64,000 nt of DNA. It comes from Octopus sinensis. Lineage: Eukaryota. This document shows positions 63,915-64,000 of the stretch, piece after piece. The DNA lies in the NCBI RefSeq assembly GCF_006345805.1, contig NC_043007.1, positions 27,900,001 through 27,964,000 on the forward strand, written 5' to 3'. Below the pieces are notes generated by a model. It was not told the origin of the DNA, did no database searches, and saw only the letters and a list, made by a program, of their open reading frames with translations. How positions within the stretch are numbered: the stretch's first letter is position 1; each line of letters begins with the position of its first letter. Both the position numbers and the translations under genes were made by a program.

Positions 63915-64000
63915 CCGGTTTCCACACAATTCCCTTCCACTAAATTCATTCATTAGTCTATCCGGGGCTAGAGTAGAAGGCATTTGTCCAAGGTGCAGCG
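63915..64000 (-). mobile_element. SINE family B fragment at the window edge
   Basis: ggtttccacacaattc..ccactaaattcattca..ggggctagagtagaaggcatttgtccaaggtgc. Confidence 0.7.

Overview
AT-rich, microsatellite-saturated metazoan genomic DNA with one 100-N gap (40594-40693). It is most likely octopus; this is inferred from the recalled cephalopod tRNA-SINE sequences and the repeat landscape. No host protein-coding gene can be firmly supported. Nearly all ORFs in the supplied track are translations of simple repeats, and only a few weak splice-bounded exon candidates remain. The window is dominated by mobile-element debris: four tRNA-headed SINE families (>35 copies, with heads and tails mixed combinatorially), a decayed Penelope-like element (RT + GIY-YIG), a second PLE endonuclease fragment, R4/Dong-like and CR1-like LINE 3' ends, DD41D and DD34D Tc1/mariner fossils, a Helentron-type non-autonomous element, a probable solo LTR and a foldback element. 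The most striking signal, found by reading both strands, is a set of 11 recognisable type I hammerhead ribozyme motifs from about 8 unrelated sequence contexts, plus several decayed ones. Most lie in short PLE-end-like inserts beside (TA)n tracts, and most have palindromic stem III (dimer-type). Two pairs are arranged head-to-head as inverted repeats, one sits at the apex of a 134-nt hairpin, and one is an ~80-bp ribozyme-only insert. All folds were done by eye and none is experimentally or computationally verified. SINE and microsatellite boundaries are approximate.
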